Part shown: positions 1 through 12,227 of the stretch, piece by piece
Position numbering within the stretch: the first letter of the stretch is position 1
Layout: every line of letters begins with the position of its first letter
DNA from: Sphaerodactylus townsendi
Lineage: Eukaryota
Reading direction: 5' to 3'
Assembly: GCF_021028975.2 (NCBI RefSeq)
Contig: NC_059438.1
Location: 36,332,001-36,395,404, forward strand
Length of the DNA stretch: 63,404 bases
Made by a program: the position numbers and the translations under genes
Notes under the pieces: model-generated
The model's input: the letters and a program-made list of their open reading frames with translations, nothing else
The model's database searches: none
What the model was told of the DNA's origin: nothing

Positions 1-515
1 GGGTTACTAATTGGGTCCGCTTTCCCGTTAGAAATTCCATTAGGTCCAAAAATCATAAAAGTCCCGTTACTTCCCATGTGGCTATTAGCTTAAGGTAGAA
101 AACGGGATCATTCTCCCCTGTTGGGCTGTTTTAAAAACATGTTTTAGAAACATGGTCAAGTTCCTTGTTTAAGGAAAGTATCCTTCTTTTGATTTCTAGA
201 AACAAAATTAAGTATTTGAAAGTATTAAGTGTTTGACAGGCAGTCAATTAGAGGAGAAGTAGTTGTTTCTGTTGGCAGTAGATCTATAGGACTTGCTATA
301 ATGAGTTTAAATTATGAACAGAAAGATACCAGCTGGAAATTAGGAACTTTTTTTTTACAGTAAGAGTTTTTTACAGTAACAGAAATTATTAATCCCCCAC
401 CCCGGAATGCCTGGCCACGCCCCCGTCGTGCCCCGCCCAGCCCCATTGGCGCTACGCCACTGTTTGAATCCCACCACCATGGGAACCTGTTACTAAAATT
501 TTTGGATCCCAGACA
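1..515 (-). mobile_element. Partial long variant of hAT-like non-autonomous element family 1
   Basis: Shares the terminal region (...gggaacctgttactaaaatttttggatccc) with the 390-bp family. Confidence 0.7.
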
Positions 516-703
516 CTATGAAGAAACTTGCAAAGTTCTTGCGCACCAGTGTGGCATTTCTGCTTTCCCTGCCCTTTCCAGGGATCAGTATTTTCTTTGA
601 ATTTGGTCATTACTTGCACAATTAGACAACATGATTCAATGCATTATTTACTCAGGCTGTTCTTAACTACATTACACATAATTTTTTTTTAACTTTTTCT
701 TAC

Positions 704-3071
704 CTGAGAGTCGTCGTTAGATGCCATAGGAGCTTTAAGATCCATGGCCAGTGAAGGAAGAAGAGGACTAAGAACTTTAAATTCGTTGGTCCCGTACCCA
801 GCTGTTAAGAAGACCTCATAGTAATTTGGACGAGAAAGAGTCCCGGAGCCATTCGGACCAGAAGAATGAGGAACAAAATCTGCATCACAGTTGAAATTCT
901 TAGAAATCTGACTTCTTTTCTGGCCTTTCCTGGTTTTGTGTATCCGAACGGCTATGACTATTACCACAGAAAACAAGAACAGAAAACTAATGAAGCATAA
1001 GGAGACTATTAAATACAAGGTGAGGGAATTGTCCTGTTCTTCTTCGGGTGGTGGATCCACAATTTGCAAATGTGAGTCTGAAAACCCATCAACAAGAAGG
1101 ACATTGATGCTTGATGTGCTGGAGTGAGGTGGTTTCCCGTGATCTTTCACCACTATGAGGAGTCTCTGCTTAAAAGCATCCTGGTTGGTAACAACACGGA
1201 CAGTCCTTACTTCTCCGTTAAGAGCCTCCACTGAAAACAGACCAGGTTCTGAAGCCTTGAGGAGCTCATAGGAAAGCCAAGAGTTCTGACCGGAATCTCT
1301 GTCCACGGCCACCACCTTGGTGACCAGGTAGCCAGCCTTGGCCCCCCTGGGAACCAGGTCACTGGAGGGAGAAGTGTCATTCTGCAGAGGATACAGGATG
1401 AATGGGGCATTATCATTTTCATCCACAATAACAACTTGGACGTTAACTTCGGAGCTCAGGGGAGGAGAACCGCTGTCCACAGCCCTCACCGTCACTAGGA
1501 AATCTTTTATCTGCTCATAATCCAGAGATCGAATGGCATACAGATTCCCAGTTTCAGAGTTGATGGAGACGTAAGAGGACACAGGTTGATCGCTAACCTT
1601 CCCAGGCAAAAGAGAATAGGTCACCTTGGCATTTTGTCCTGCATCGAGGTCCTTGGCTTGAACCAAACCTATAAGCAATCCTGGAATATTGTTTTCCCAC
1701 ACCTGCATCTGATACAGTGATTTCTCAAACACTGGAGAGTTGTCGTTGATGTCAGAAATCTGAATGTTAATTATTCTTGAGGAAGAGAGCCTAGGGGAGC
1801 CCTGGTCTGTGGCTGTGATGGTGATATTGTACTCAGAGACTCGTTTCCCGGTCTAGGGCCTGCTGAGTCACCAGCTGGTAATAGTTATTCACTGAGGTCT
1901 TCAGTCTAAAGGGAAGGCCTGGCTCGATGGAGCAAGATGTTCTGCCATTGTCCCCAGAGTCTCGATCGGTGACACTGAAGAGCACAACCAGCGTGTCCAA
2001 AGAAGAATCCTCTCGCAGTGGAGTGGTGTGTGATAAGACGGCCACTTCTGGGACGTTGTCATTCTCATCTTCAACCATTACCAAGACCTTGCAGCCCCCA
2101 GAAAGACCCCCTCCATCGGTTGCTTTAATGTTCATGTCATAGCCGGTTTCTTTTTCATAGTCAATTGGACCCAAAACAGTGATTTCCCCAGTGCTTTCGT
2201 TCAGGTGGAACAAGCGACGAATTTGATCAGGTACCCGATGGAATGAGTAGGAGATTTGTGCATTTGTACCAAAATCCAAATCTCTGGCTTCCACTTTACA
2301 CACCAGGGTACCACGAGGACAGTTTTCTTTTATTTTCACTTTATATTCAGGTTGTGTAAACTGAGGAAAGTTGTCGTTGCTATCCAGAACATTGACCTTT
2401 ATTAGAACCGTGCCTGTTCGCTGGGGCACTCCTCCATCAAGAGCTGTAAGAGTCAGCGCAAACTGAGCCTTCTCCTCCCTGTCTAGTGCTTTCACCAGAA
2501 CAAGGTCCACATATTTGCCCCCAACGTCATCACTTTGTACATCCAATCGGAAATGCCCATCGGGACTCAGTGTGTAGTTCTGGACACTGTTTCCACCCAA
2601 GTCTGCATCTTGGGCAGATTCCAAAGGGAAGCGGGTGTTTGTAGGAACGTGTTCAGAAATTTCCAGGTTGAATTCATTATGAGAGAATTCAGGAGTGTTG
2701 TCATTCACATCTTTTATCTCTATCTCTATATTATAGATCTTTAGAGGGTCTTGGAGCACAATTTCAGACAACAGCAAGCAAGGCTCCATCTTGCCACACA
2801 AAACTTCCCTGTCTATTCTGTCATGTACAATCACATTCCCAGAGCGGGTATCCAGCTGGAAATACTCCTTATGGCTTTTGGAAACCAGCTGGGCTTTGCG
2901 AGCAGAGAGCTCCCCTGGCCTCAGTTTCAAATCCTTCAGCACATTCGCCACCAGAGACCCACTTTTCTTCTCTTCAGGCAAAGAATAGCGAATGGAGACA
3001 CACATCACTTCAGACAGAGAGAGCAAGAACAAAAGGTACAGACCTTTCCTTATCTTGAAGCTGCCCTCCAT
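704..3071 (-). pseudogene. PCDHB: Protocadherin beta-like variable exon, interrupted by a 1-bp frameshift at about 1844-1846 (pseudogene or sequence error)
   Basis: ORFs 1833-3071 and 689-1732 together encode a signal peptide, six cadherin repeats (DRE, DxNDNxP, DxD motifs), a TM segment and a beta-type tail (SGTLSRPNYYEVFLTAGYGTNEFK). Removing one A from GAAACGA restores ALDRERVSEYNITITATDQG. A CAG|GTAAGA donor lies at 704/703. The symbol is family-level only. Confidence 0.88.
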
Positions 3072-3277
3072 GGTGCCAGGCTCTCCCAGGTCAGATGTTC
3101 TCTCTCTTAAATCAAAGTCTTCTGATTTTTATGCAGTGATGCTGGAGACGTGAATGTTGTTCTGCAGGGCTGATGGCTGCATCCCACTGCTGCAAACCAG
3201 CACTTCTTCGGCTTTGAATCCTCCATTTATTGGCTCTTTAAGTTCGAGTTTCCTTCTCTTGCTAGTCTGTTTGCCAA

Positions 3278-3294
3278 TGCTGCCACCATGTGGC
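3278..3294 (-). promoter_or_regulatory. Pcdh promoter CSE / CTCF-like site
   Basis: Minus strand GCCACATGGTGGCAGCA resembles the CTCF core CCASYAGRKGGCRS, about 210 bp upstream of the ATG. Confidence 0.7.
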
Positions 3295-3677
3295 TCGATT
3301 AAGAAAAACATGGAGATTTGCACATTTTTCTTCAAATGGCATCTCTAGGCACAGTTTACCATTAGGAAAATGTTTCTATTTACCATACTATGTTTTGAAT
3401 AGTGAAGTGCCTAAATAATAGTGAGCTGTTGTGGCAGTTACGGGCGGGGGGGGGGGGCAGGCAACGCTTTGGGACCAAATATTCCACAAACCAGTAATGA
3501 CTGTCACTGATGATGGTGGTGTGGGGGGGAAGTGAGGACGGAGAAGAGAACCAGGCTGGTGGCAGATATGCAAGCCCCTGAATCAGTGATGGGCATGCAT
3601 ACACCATGACCATTGCCTTCTTCAAGACAGTCTTAAAAGTGCTTCAGTCACCTTGCTTGTTTGGGTTGAGGAATGAC

Positions 3678-4069
3678 CAGTGATGGGATCCAAAAATTTT
3701 AGTAATAGGTTCCCATTGTGGCATTGGGGCTGGGCAGGGCACAACGGGGGGTGTGGCCGGGCATTCCGGGGGTGGGGCATTCCTGGGCGGGGCTGTGGCA
3801 AGGACACAGCTGCTGCGCCGGTCCTTGGACGGAAAATCCACGCTTTAACGCAGGCTACAGGCTGCCATGCATGCCGGGTGCACCTCCTCCTAAGCTAGAC
3901 TGCTTCAAGCTTCATGCGCACTTTGCTGCTGAGAGTGAGGGGTGTAACCAAGGCAAAAATCACATGGGCAAAATCACTCTCACTATTAGGTAACTCCCCT
4001 CCTCGCACACACAAATAATTAGTAACCTACTCTCGGGAACCTGTGAGAACCTGCTGGATCCCACCTCTG
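3678..4069 (+). mobile_element. hAT-like MITE family 1 (about 390 bp)
   Basis: TIRs CAGTGATGGGATCC / GGATCCCACCTCTG; 8-bp TSD GGAATGAC/GGAATGAT. Confidence 0.85.
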
Positions 4070-4352
4070 GGAATGATCTAGTATGCCCCTATTAGATGCA
4101 TATGCTGCGGTTACCTATTTCAGGGTTACTGTTATGACTCTTGACATCCCACTAAAGAAAGAATACAACTTCCCCCTCATTTCCCAATCCTTTACTGCTT
4201 TTGAAAAAAATAACCTTTCCAGCCCATAATGACCAATAATTAAAGACAGCAAGGAGGGCAAAACACAGAGATGTCCAATCGAGTAATATGTCATACTGTA
4301 CAACATAATTGTTTGTGTGAGACTGGGAAAAATCAATATATAAATATACATA

Positions 4353-4612
4353 CCCTGTTTCCCCGAAAATAAGACCTACCCCAAAAATAAGCCCTAGAAT
4401 GATTTTTTGGGATTTTTGGAGGATGCATGAAATATAAGCCCTACTCCAAAAATAAGCCCTAGTTACAGATTCCCCGGAGCAGCTGATCTGGTCACATGGG
4501 GGGCCCCTCAAAATCATGGGGAAAAATAAGACATTCCCTGAAAACGAGCCCTAATGCATCTTTTGGAGCAAAAATTAATATTAGACCCTGTCTTATTTTC
4601 GTGGAAACACAA
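4353..4612. mobile_element. pogo/Tigger-like MITE
   Basis: TIR CCCTGTTTCCCCGAAAATAAGAC with TA flanks. Related copies at about 10330-10441 and 47309-47561. Confidence 0.75.
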
Positions 4613-4688
4613 TAGATACATAACACTAATAAATTAGGGAAAAGGGAAGGAAGCATTACAAAATATCAGTCACATTTTCCTTCCCATT

Positions 4689-5049
4689 AGAAGAAGAAGA
4701 AGAAGAGTTTGGATTTATATCCCCCCTTTCTCTCCTGCAGGAGACTCAAAGGGGCTCTCCTGCAGGAGACTCAAAGGGGCTCTCCTGCAGGAGACTCAAA
4801 GGGGTTTGCCCTCCCCCTCTCACAACAAGCACCCTGAGAGGTACGCGGGGGCTGACAGAGCTCCGAGAAGCTGTGACCACCCCAAGGTCACTCCAGGCTG
4901 GCATGTGTGGGAGTGCACAGGCTAATCTGAATTCCCCAGATAAGCCTCCACAGCCTGTCATGCAGAGCTGGGAAATCCAAACCTGGTTCCCTCCAGATTA
5001 GATACACGAGCTCTTAACCTCCTATGCCACTTAACCTCCACACGCCACT
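4689..5049 (-). mobile_element. tRNA-derived SINE copy
   Basis: Reverse complement of the same family, with an internal 25-bp unit triplicated at about 4730-4805. Confidence 0.8.
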
Positions 5050-5174
5050 ATTGAGTAAATACGAGGAAGTCATAGAAAAAAAATATCCCTGGACTGCAGG
5101 TTTTTGTACAAGTTTGTATATTAGGGATGTAAGTGCATGCAACCATAGGAATGGAATGACAAGTATATTCTTAC

Positions 5175-7594
5175 CTGGCTTATGAGTTCACCTTCTGGGG
5201 CATGACTAGGAACTCCTTGGGAACTCGATGAAATCCTTTGGACTCCCTGGGACTGTGCAGGCTCCACAGAAAACACAGGAAAGAGCGGCCTGAGAAACCT
5301 GAACTCGCTGTTCAGGGACCCACCAGCTAAGCACACCTCATAGTTGTATGCCCGGGAAAGGGATCCAGCATCAACATCTCCACAGTTCTCTGGGATATTG
5401 GGTCCCACTGGGAAATTGAGGGCAGAGCTCGCTATGAACTTCCTCCTCTTCTGAATCTTGATAGCAACAAACACTACCATAGAAACCAGAAAAATGACTG
5501 AGATGACAGCCAAGCATATGACCAGATACATAGTCAGGGTCCGGTCTTCCTCCTCCACCAGTTCCTCTGTTGAGATATCCACACTTTTCATGTAAGGGTC
5601 CGAGAAGCCATCCACTAGTAGAATGCTCAGTGTTGCAGAGGTGGACTGGGGAGGGTGACCATTGTCTTTGACTCCAATGATAAGTTTCTGCTTCAAATTG
5701 TCTCGTTTGTTAATGGGCCTCATGGTTTTCACTTCTCCATTCTGGGCTCCCACACTGAACAGACCCGGTTCTGTGGCCTTCAGGAGCTCTCATAGGAAAG
5801 CCAAGAGTTCTGACCGGAATCTCTGTCCACGGCCACCACCTTGGTGACCAGGTAGCCAGCCTCCGCTCCCCTGGGAACCAGGTCATTGGACGGGGAAGTG
5901 CCGTTCTGAAGAGGATACAGGATGAATGGAGCATTATCATTTTTATCCCCAATAACAACTTGAACTATAACTTCAGAGCTCAGGGGAGGAGAACCATTGT
6001 CCATAGCTCTCACAGATAACTGGAAATCTTTTATCTGCTCATAGTCCAGAGATCGGATGGCATACAGATTCCCAGTTTCAGAGTTGATGGAGACAAAAGA
6101 GGACGCAGGTTGATCACTTATCTTCCCAGGCAAAAGAGAATAGGCCACTTTGGCATTTTGTTCTGTATCCAGGTCATCAGCATGTACTGATCCTATCAAA
6201 AGACCTGGAATATTATTTTCTTGTATTTGCATTCTATATATTGATCTTTCAAACACTGGAGCGTTATCGTTGACATCTGAGATCTGAACACAGATTCTTC
6301 TTCTTGAAGTGAGCCTGGGGGAGCCTTTGTCTGTAGCTGTGATGGTGACGTTGTAATCTGAGGCTTTTTCTCGATCCAGGGGCTGCTGGGACACCAGCTG
6401 GTAATAGTTATTCTCCACAGATCGTAACATGAAAGGCAAGTTGGCCTCAATTGTGCAACCAGTTCTGCTGTTCTCTCCAGAGTCTTGATCGGTGACACTG
6501 AAAAGAGCCACCACAGTATCCGGGGGAGAATCCTCTGGTATGGGGCTGGTGAGGGATGTGAGGGTCACCTCCGGGGCATTGTCATTTGTGTCCTCCACCT
6601 CCACCATGACTTTGCAGTAAGCAGAGAGCCCCCCGCCATCGGTGGCCTTGATATTTATCTCATAATTTCTCTCCTCTTCATAATCAATTGTTCCTGCAAT
6701 GACAAGTTCTCCAGTATGTTTGCTTAACTTGAAAGATCGCAGCACGTTTTCTGGCACCTGGCTAAAGGAATAACTAATCTGTGCATTGGAGCCCAGATCT
6801 TGGTCGTTCGCTTCAACTTTGATGACCAGTGTGTCCAATGGGCTGTTTTCCACTAGTTTCACTTTGTACAGAGACTGATGAAAATGAGGCGCATTGTCAT
6901 TGTTGTCTAGAACATTAATGGTTAATTTTGCTGTTCCAGTTCTCTTTGGGATCCCTCCATCAATAGCCGACAGAGTCAGGAAAAAATGTGATTGCTCTTC
7001 CCGGTCCAATTGTTTTTTTAAGACTAATTCAGCATATTTGGTACTATCGCCTCGACTTTGCACATCCAGTCCAAAATGGTCATTTGGACTGAGTGTATAG
7101 TTCTGGACACCATTTTCCCCTCTATCTGAATCTTGAGCTTTCTCCAAAGGGAATCGAGCATTAGTTTGAGTCTGCTCAGGTATTTCGAAAATAAATTCTT
7201 CTTGGGAGAACTGGGGGGAATTGTCATTCACGTCCTCTATTTCAACTTCAATTCTGTGCACTTGCAATGGCTTTTCTAGCACAATCTCTGCAACTAAGAC
7301 ACACAGGTCTTTCTGGCCACACAGAGCCTCTCGGTCTATTTTTTCGTTTAATATCACATTCCCAGAATGAGAATCCAGCTGGAAATATTGCTTGGTGCTT
7401 TTAGAAACCAGCCGGGCTCTACGAGCAGACAGCTCCTTTACATCCACCTTCAAGTCTTTCAACACATTTGCCACCAGAGAGCCACTTTTCTTTTCCTCTG
7501 GCATTGAATAGCGGAAGGACTCACACATTGCCCCACACATGCAGAGATACAGGAAAAAGGACCAACCTTGCCAGATGCTGTTGTGATTGTCCAT
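5175..7594 (-). pseudogene. PCDHB: Protocadherin beta-like variable exon, interrupted by a 2-bp insertion at about 5787-5790
   Basis: ORF 5780-7729 (likely true start MDNHNS at 7594) plus ORF 5121-5753. The sequence TATGAGAGCTCC compares with TATGAGCTCC in the paralog. Beta-type tail (GSLSRAYNYEVCLAGGSLNSEFRFLRP). CAG|GTAAGA donor at 5175/5174. Family-level symbol. Confidence 0.88.
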
Positions 7595-7871
7595 TGTCTC
7601 AGCCTCCTTCAACACAGATTCAACACACTGGATAGTTCTTGGTAAGTTGCTGCATTGATCTTCAATATATTTAAGTGCCAAATATTTCCATTTGCAGTAT
7701 TTATTTTGGGAGCTCCATATCCAACTCACTTCTTTGTTGCAGTTTCCAAAGATGTTCTCTCCGTGCTGAGCAACTGCCTTCCTCTTTCAGTCTGATTTTT
7801 TTCTAACGTCTGTCGTTCTCCAGGGGATAGTTCTGAACAAGCCATGACTTCGTCTGCTTTATTTGGTGCAA

Positions 7872-7900
7872 TAGCACCATCTTGTGTATACGCTGCAGTA
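7872..7900 (-). promoter_or_regulatory. Pcdh promoter CSE / CTCF-like site
   Basis: Minus strand TACTGCAGCGTATACACAAGATGGTGCTA: a CTCF core plus the upstream TGCAG module. Confidence 0.7.
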
Positions 7901-8337
7901 CAACTCCCCTAAATGTTATCATTTACCAGTTTTATCACTGATGTGCTTAGAAAGTTCCTTCTAGACCCAGATGTAGCTATAGATTTTGAGGATAAAGACA
8001 GGCTGCCTGCAGAATGCACAAACACTGGCAACTGTTCACATTAATTGGGAAGAGTGGAGACTGTAGAAACGGAACATGGCAGCAGGGAATGTCACAGATT
8101 TCCTGGACAATCTGAATAGTTGCCCACCAATGTCAGGGCAAAGGTAGCTCTCATGTTGAAGACCATTGATTAGAGTCTGGGATGAGGTCCAGGGTGGGAA
8201 TTTCTATAGCTGTTATTGAAAGCAGCAGCATGGGTTGCAATGGCTCATGGGACAAGGCCTCTCTGCCTAGACGGAGGGGAAGTCAATGATTGGATGCAGC
8301 GATGGAGCTTCTGAAACTGAAACACTGCAGGTGTACA

Positions 8338-8729
8338 CAGTGGTGGGATCCAAAAAAATTAGTAACAGGTTCCCATGGTGGTGGGATTCAAACTGTGGCA
8401 AAGCACCAATGGGGCTGGGCGGGGCACAACGGGGGCGTGGCTGGGCATTCTGGGGGTGGGGCATTCCTGGGCGGGGCTGTGGCAAGGACGCAGCCACTGC
8501 GCCGGTCCTTGGGCGGGAAACGAATGCACGCAGGCGCAGGCTGCCACGCACGCCGGTGCACCTCCTGCTAGACTGCTTCAAGTTCTGTGCACTACTGCTG
8601 AGAGGAGGGGCATAACTAAGGCAAAAATCACATGGCAAAATCACCAATTAGTAACCCCCTCTCGGCACACACAAATAATTAGTAACCTACTCTCAGGAAC
8701 CTGTGAGAACCTGCTGGATCCCACCTCTG
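8338..8729 (+). mobile_element. hAT-like MITE family 1
   Basis: TIRs and a perfect 8-bp TSD GGTGTACA. Confidence 0.9.
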
Positions 8730-8863
8730 GGTGTACAGCTTCTGACTGACCAGTGAACCCTGGCACTACAAAGTGATGTTATCATACTGTGCTCATGCTC
8801 CTTGCTGTAGAATGGTAATTATTTTCCCTTGCACTGTTTTCCTAGACAAACAGCCCCATCCAT

Positions 8864-8865
<2 letters not shown>

Positions 8866-8893
<28 letters not shown>
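8866..8893. repeat. (GT)n microsatellite
   Basis: Seen directly; another lies at about 37497-37523. Confidence 0.9.
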
Positions 8894-8897
<4 letters not shown>

Positions 8898-11800
8898 GGC
8901 TGTGGGGCAAATCTGCCATTGGGTTACTTGCACCAGTAGAGGAGAGGATCTGCCAGTGGGTGGTTGCTGAAGTCCTCCATGGCAGCAGAATGTGGCAATC
9001 AATGCCGCACCAGCGTCCCTGTGCCCTGGCCGCCCCACCGCCATAGTGGGGCAGTCCAGGGGCATGGCCAGGGGAGGACTTCCACCCAGCCATTGTCCTG
9101 TTACGTTGGTGGCCAGGGCTTTGGACTTATGCACTTTTTGGTGGTGTAAACCCTTTAAGCCCAATGGGAGCATTCCAGCAGCAGGGAGGCTTTTTGTGGT
9201 TTTTTTTGCCTCCCCATACCACCAGAAAGCCCCCCTGGGAATGGTGGGGAGCACAGCCACAGTGCCACATCTGGGTGCCTGGCCCTTTGGGTGGGGCTGC
9301 TGATCCCTCTTGCCCAGCTGCCGTGCATCCCTTTGGAGGAAGCAGATCTCTTCACAGCTGCAAGCAGGTCAAGTTAATTCATTAGATGTTCATAGAATTC
9401 AGGGTCCTTTTATGTGCTCACTTGGAATTCCCATTAGTTTTCCTAACTGACATTTTAATCTCGACAAGATATCTGTAGCTCAGATCTCAAATTCTAGCAG
9501 TTAACATATGTGTATATGGACTCCTCACACAAATGGCACGCAGGACAGAGAGATTTCCACTGAGTTTCTTTCTTCCACTGCAGACCGCTGACTTTGCTCT
9601 TTAGTCTGTGGCTGAGAGTTTAAGACACTGGGAAGAACGTTTTGGGGGACTCAGTAGGCTGCAGAAAGAGGGGAAACCAAAGAAGCTACATTGCTGGATA
9701 GAGACACCATTAGCTGGATATTAGCTGGATAGAGACACCATTAGCTGGAGACACCACTGATGCTGGTGGAATAGCTCTAACTCCCTCATAGTTCTTCTGC
9801 ATAAATTTTTGATAATTTGCATATTTAGCAAAGGCTCATTGGTAAGCTGTTAAAATTTTTAAATTCATTTTTATTTTATTTTTTTGTTTTATATCTTGCC
9901 CATCCCAGAAGGGCTCAGGGCAGCAACAACATGTTAAAACTACATTACAGTTAAACATCATAATTTAAAAAATGCTCGTCATAACTTAAAAGATAGCCCT
10001 ACCTGCTAAAAGATGACCTTTTTTAATGCACAGAGCCAGCAGGCCTGTGTGTAACCCGGGTGTCTAAGGCACTCATGCCCAGTTTGGCGGGAGGGGGGTG
10101 GTGGCCAGTGGTAGGATTCAAATAATTTAACAACCGGTTCTGAAAGGACTCAGTGGTGGGATTACAACCAATTCTCTGAACTAGACAAAAAAATTAGCTA
10201 CCGGTTCTACCGAATAGGTGCGAATAGGCTGAATCCCACCACTGAGTATGGCATTGTGGTGGTGGTGGGGTGGGGGGTGGCAGACAGGCCTGGGTACCAT
10301 TTTGCCCTGAGCTCTGTTTCCTCTCTCTATACCTCTGTGGTGCAAAAAAATAAATAAGACATCCCCTGAAAATAAGCCCTAACGCATCTTTTGGAGCAAA
10401 AATTAATATAAGACCCTGTCTTATTTTAGGGGAAACACGGTAATAAAATACATAAAATAAATGACACAACAACATAAAACCATTAGTTGCCAGCCCTAAC
10501 AGGAAGTCTTTTTGTCTTCCAGTCCCATAGAGGCTTAAACCTTGCACATCTTAGGAAGTGCTATCTGAAATACATATGCCCGCAAATTCCCTGAAGAAGG
10601 TTACAATCCATCCCCATTGAACATTTTTTTGACAACTGGTTAATACTTTTTATCTGTGAAGGATATTTTTTTCCATTTTGCTGCTTATTCATTGAGTTCA
10701 TTCTTTTTATCTATCATTACTTACAAATTTGTCCTAAATACATGGCTGTTCTCTTCATTGTTTGGTAACCCGTGATATGTTACACACACTTTTGGACCTA
10801 TATTCAGGGCTATATAAATGGATGCAATTAAGTAAACAGGATGGAAGAATAGATTTAGTTCTGCTATGTTTTAATGCCTAATAAAGGTCTTTGAACTTGA
10901 ACTTGAATAGATCGCAGCAGTGAGTGAGCTGCAGCAGGGGCTCAGCCCTTGCTGAGACCATTGCCCAAGGAAGGCTGAAAGATCCACAAGCACTTGAAGG
11001 TCTGTATGTGGAGACCATGGCCATTACAGCCACATTCAGTCTTCTATGTGTGGCCACTGCAGGACACCTATTTATTAATTTATATGTACTTATGTAACCT
11101 ACAGGCTATCCTTCCCATACAGGCTCAGGGGAGCTTACAACAGCCAGTTGGATAAAATGATAAAACAGTAAATATTACATTATCATCCACATCCCAGCAA
11201 CCATTAACATCAATCAAGGGGGAATAAAACACCACTAAAGATCTAAGTTATAGGCAACAATCCCCCAGAAAACCAAAACCATTCATATCACATTAGGAAA
11301 GGGAAGGGGAGAGGGGAATGGAAAGGAGGGAAAAGGAAAAGTGGAAGAGGAGAAGAAAAAGAAAAAGGGAGGCCAAATACGATCAAATCTAGAACAACCA
11401 CATACATTTTGCATACTAGATTCATTATTTTATCATTCAAATTCTTAATAGGCTACAAGAATTTCATTATATTAGTGTCATGTAGGTGTAACAGAGAGCT
11501 AACTGCCAATGTCTTGTAATGGTCTGAGAACCTTGAGTGACAGGTGTTTTTTTTAAAAAGAATTCTACCGTTGGCAGTTGAGAGTGACAGTTGAAAGTGG
11601 GAGTTAGAGCTGAAGTGTGAAGAGAAAACTAGTGTAGGATCAAAGAAGATCCTGAAGTGGAACTGGTAGTCTTTCACTGAGGGAAAACGTTCCAAGGAAA
11701 AGGGGGTGATCCCTACTGTGTGTTAAAGAAGAAAAACTGAAACCTGTGAGCACATTCCTGCCTCTACAGACTTCAGAAATTTCATGTCAAATTAGGCAAT

Positions 11801-12143
11801 GCTTGTTGGTAGAACAAAACACCAGTTGGTCGAACAAAACAATCATATAGTTATAAGAAATGTCTCTATTCTGGTTGCCTTCTCACCTGTGGAATTTATA
11901 CCTAACACTTCTGTGACTTGACCATTTCCCCAAAAGAAAAAAAGTAAAACAATTTGTATGTTTTGTAAATTGCTATCGGTCTCTCATGGGCCATATTCAG
12001 TCACAAAGCAATGAAGGGATCTTCAGTTCCTCAGCTTCCTTGGCTGAGTCAGAATTTGGACAGATTACCTGTGAATAATAGGAACACCTCTTGGGCAGCA
12101 GGGGGAAACTCAGACCGAAAGATTCTTGCCTTAGAGAGGCTTA

Positions 12144-12227
12144 NNNNNNNNNNNNNNNNNNNNNNNNNNNNNNNNNNNNNNNNNNNNNNNNNNNNNNNNN
12201 NNNNNNNNNNNNNNNNNNNNNNNNNNN
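12144..12227. other. Assembly gap (84 N)
   Basis: N run. Confidence 1.

Noticed and set aside
7595-7729. 45-aa N-terminal extension of the beta ORF
   Set aside because: It starts at a non-ATG codon. The signal peptide and paralog comparison favour the ATG at 7594.
11453-12143. Continuation of the gap-truncated gamma exon, or a Pcdh constant exon
   Set aside because: No cadherin or constant-region motifs appear in any listed frame.
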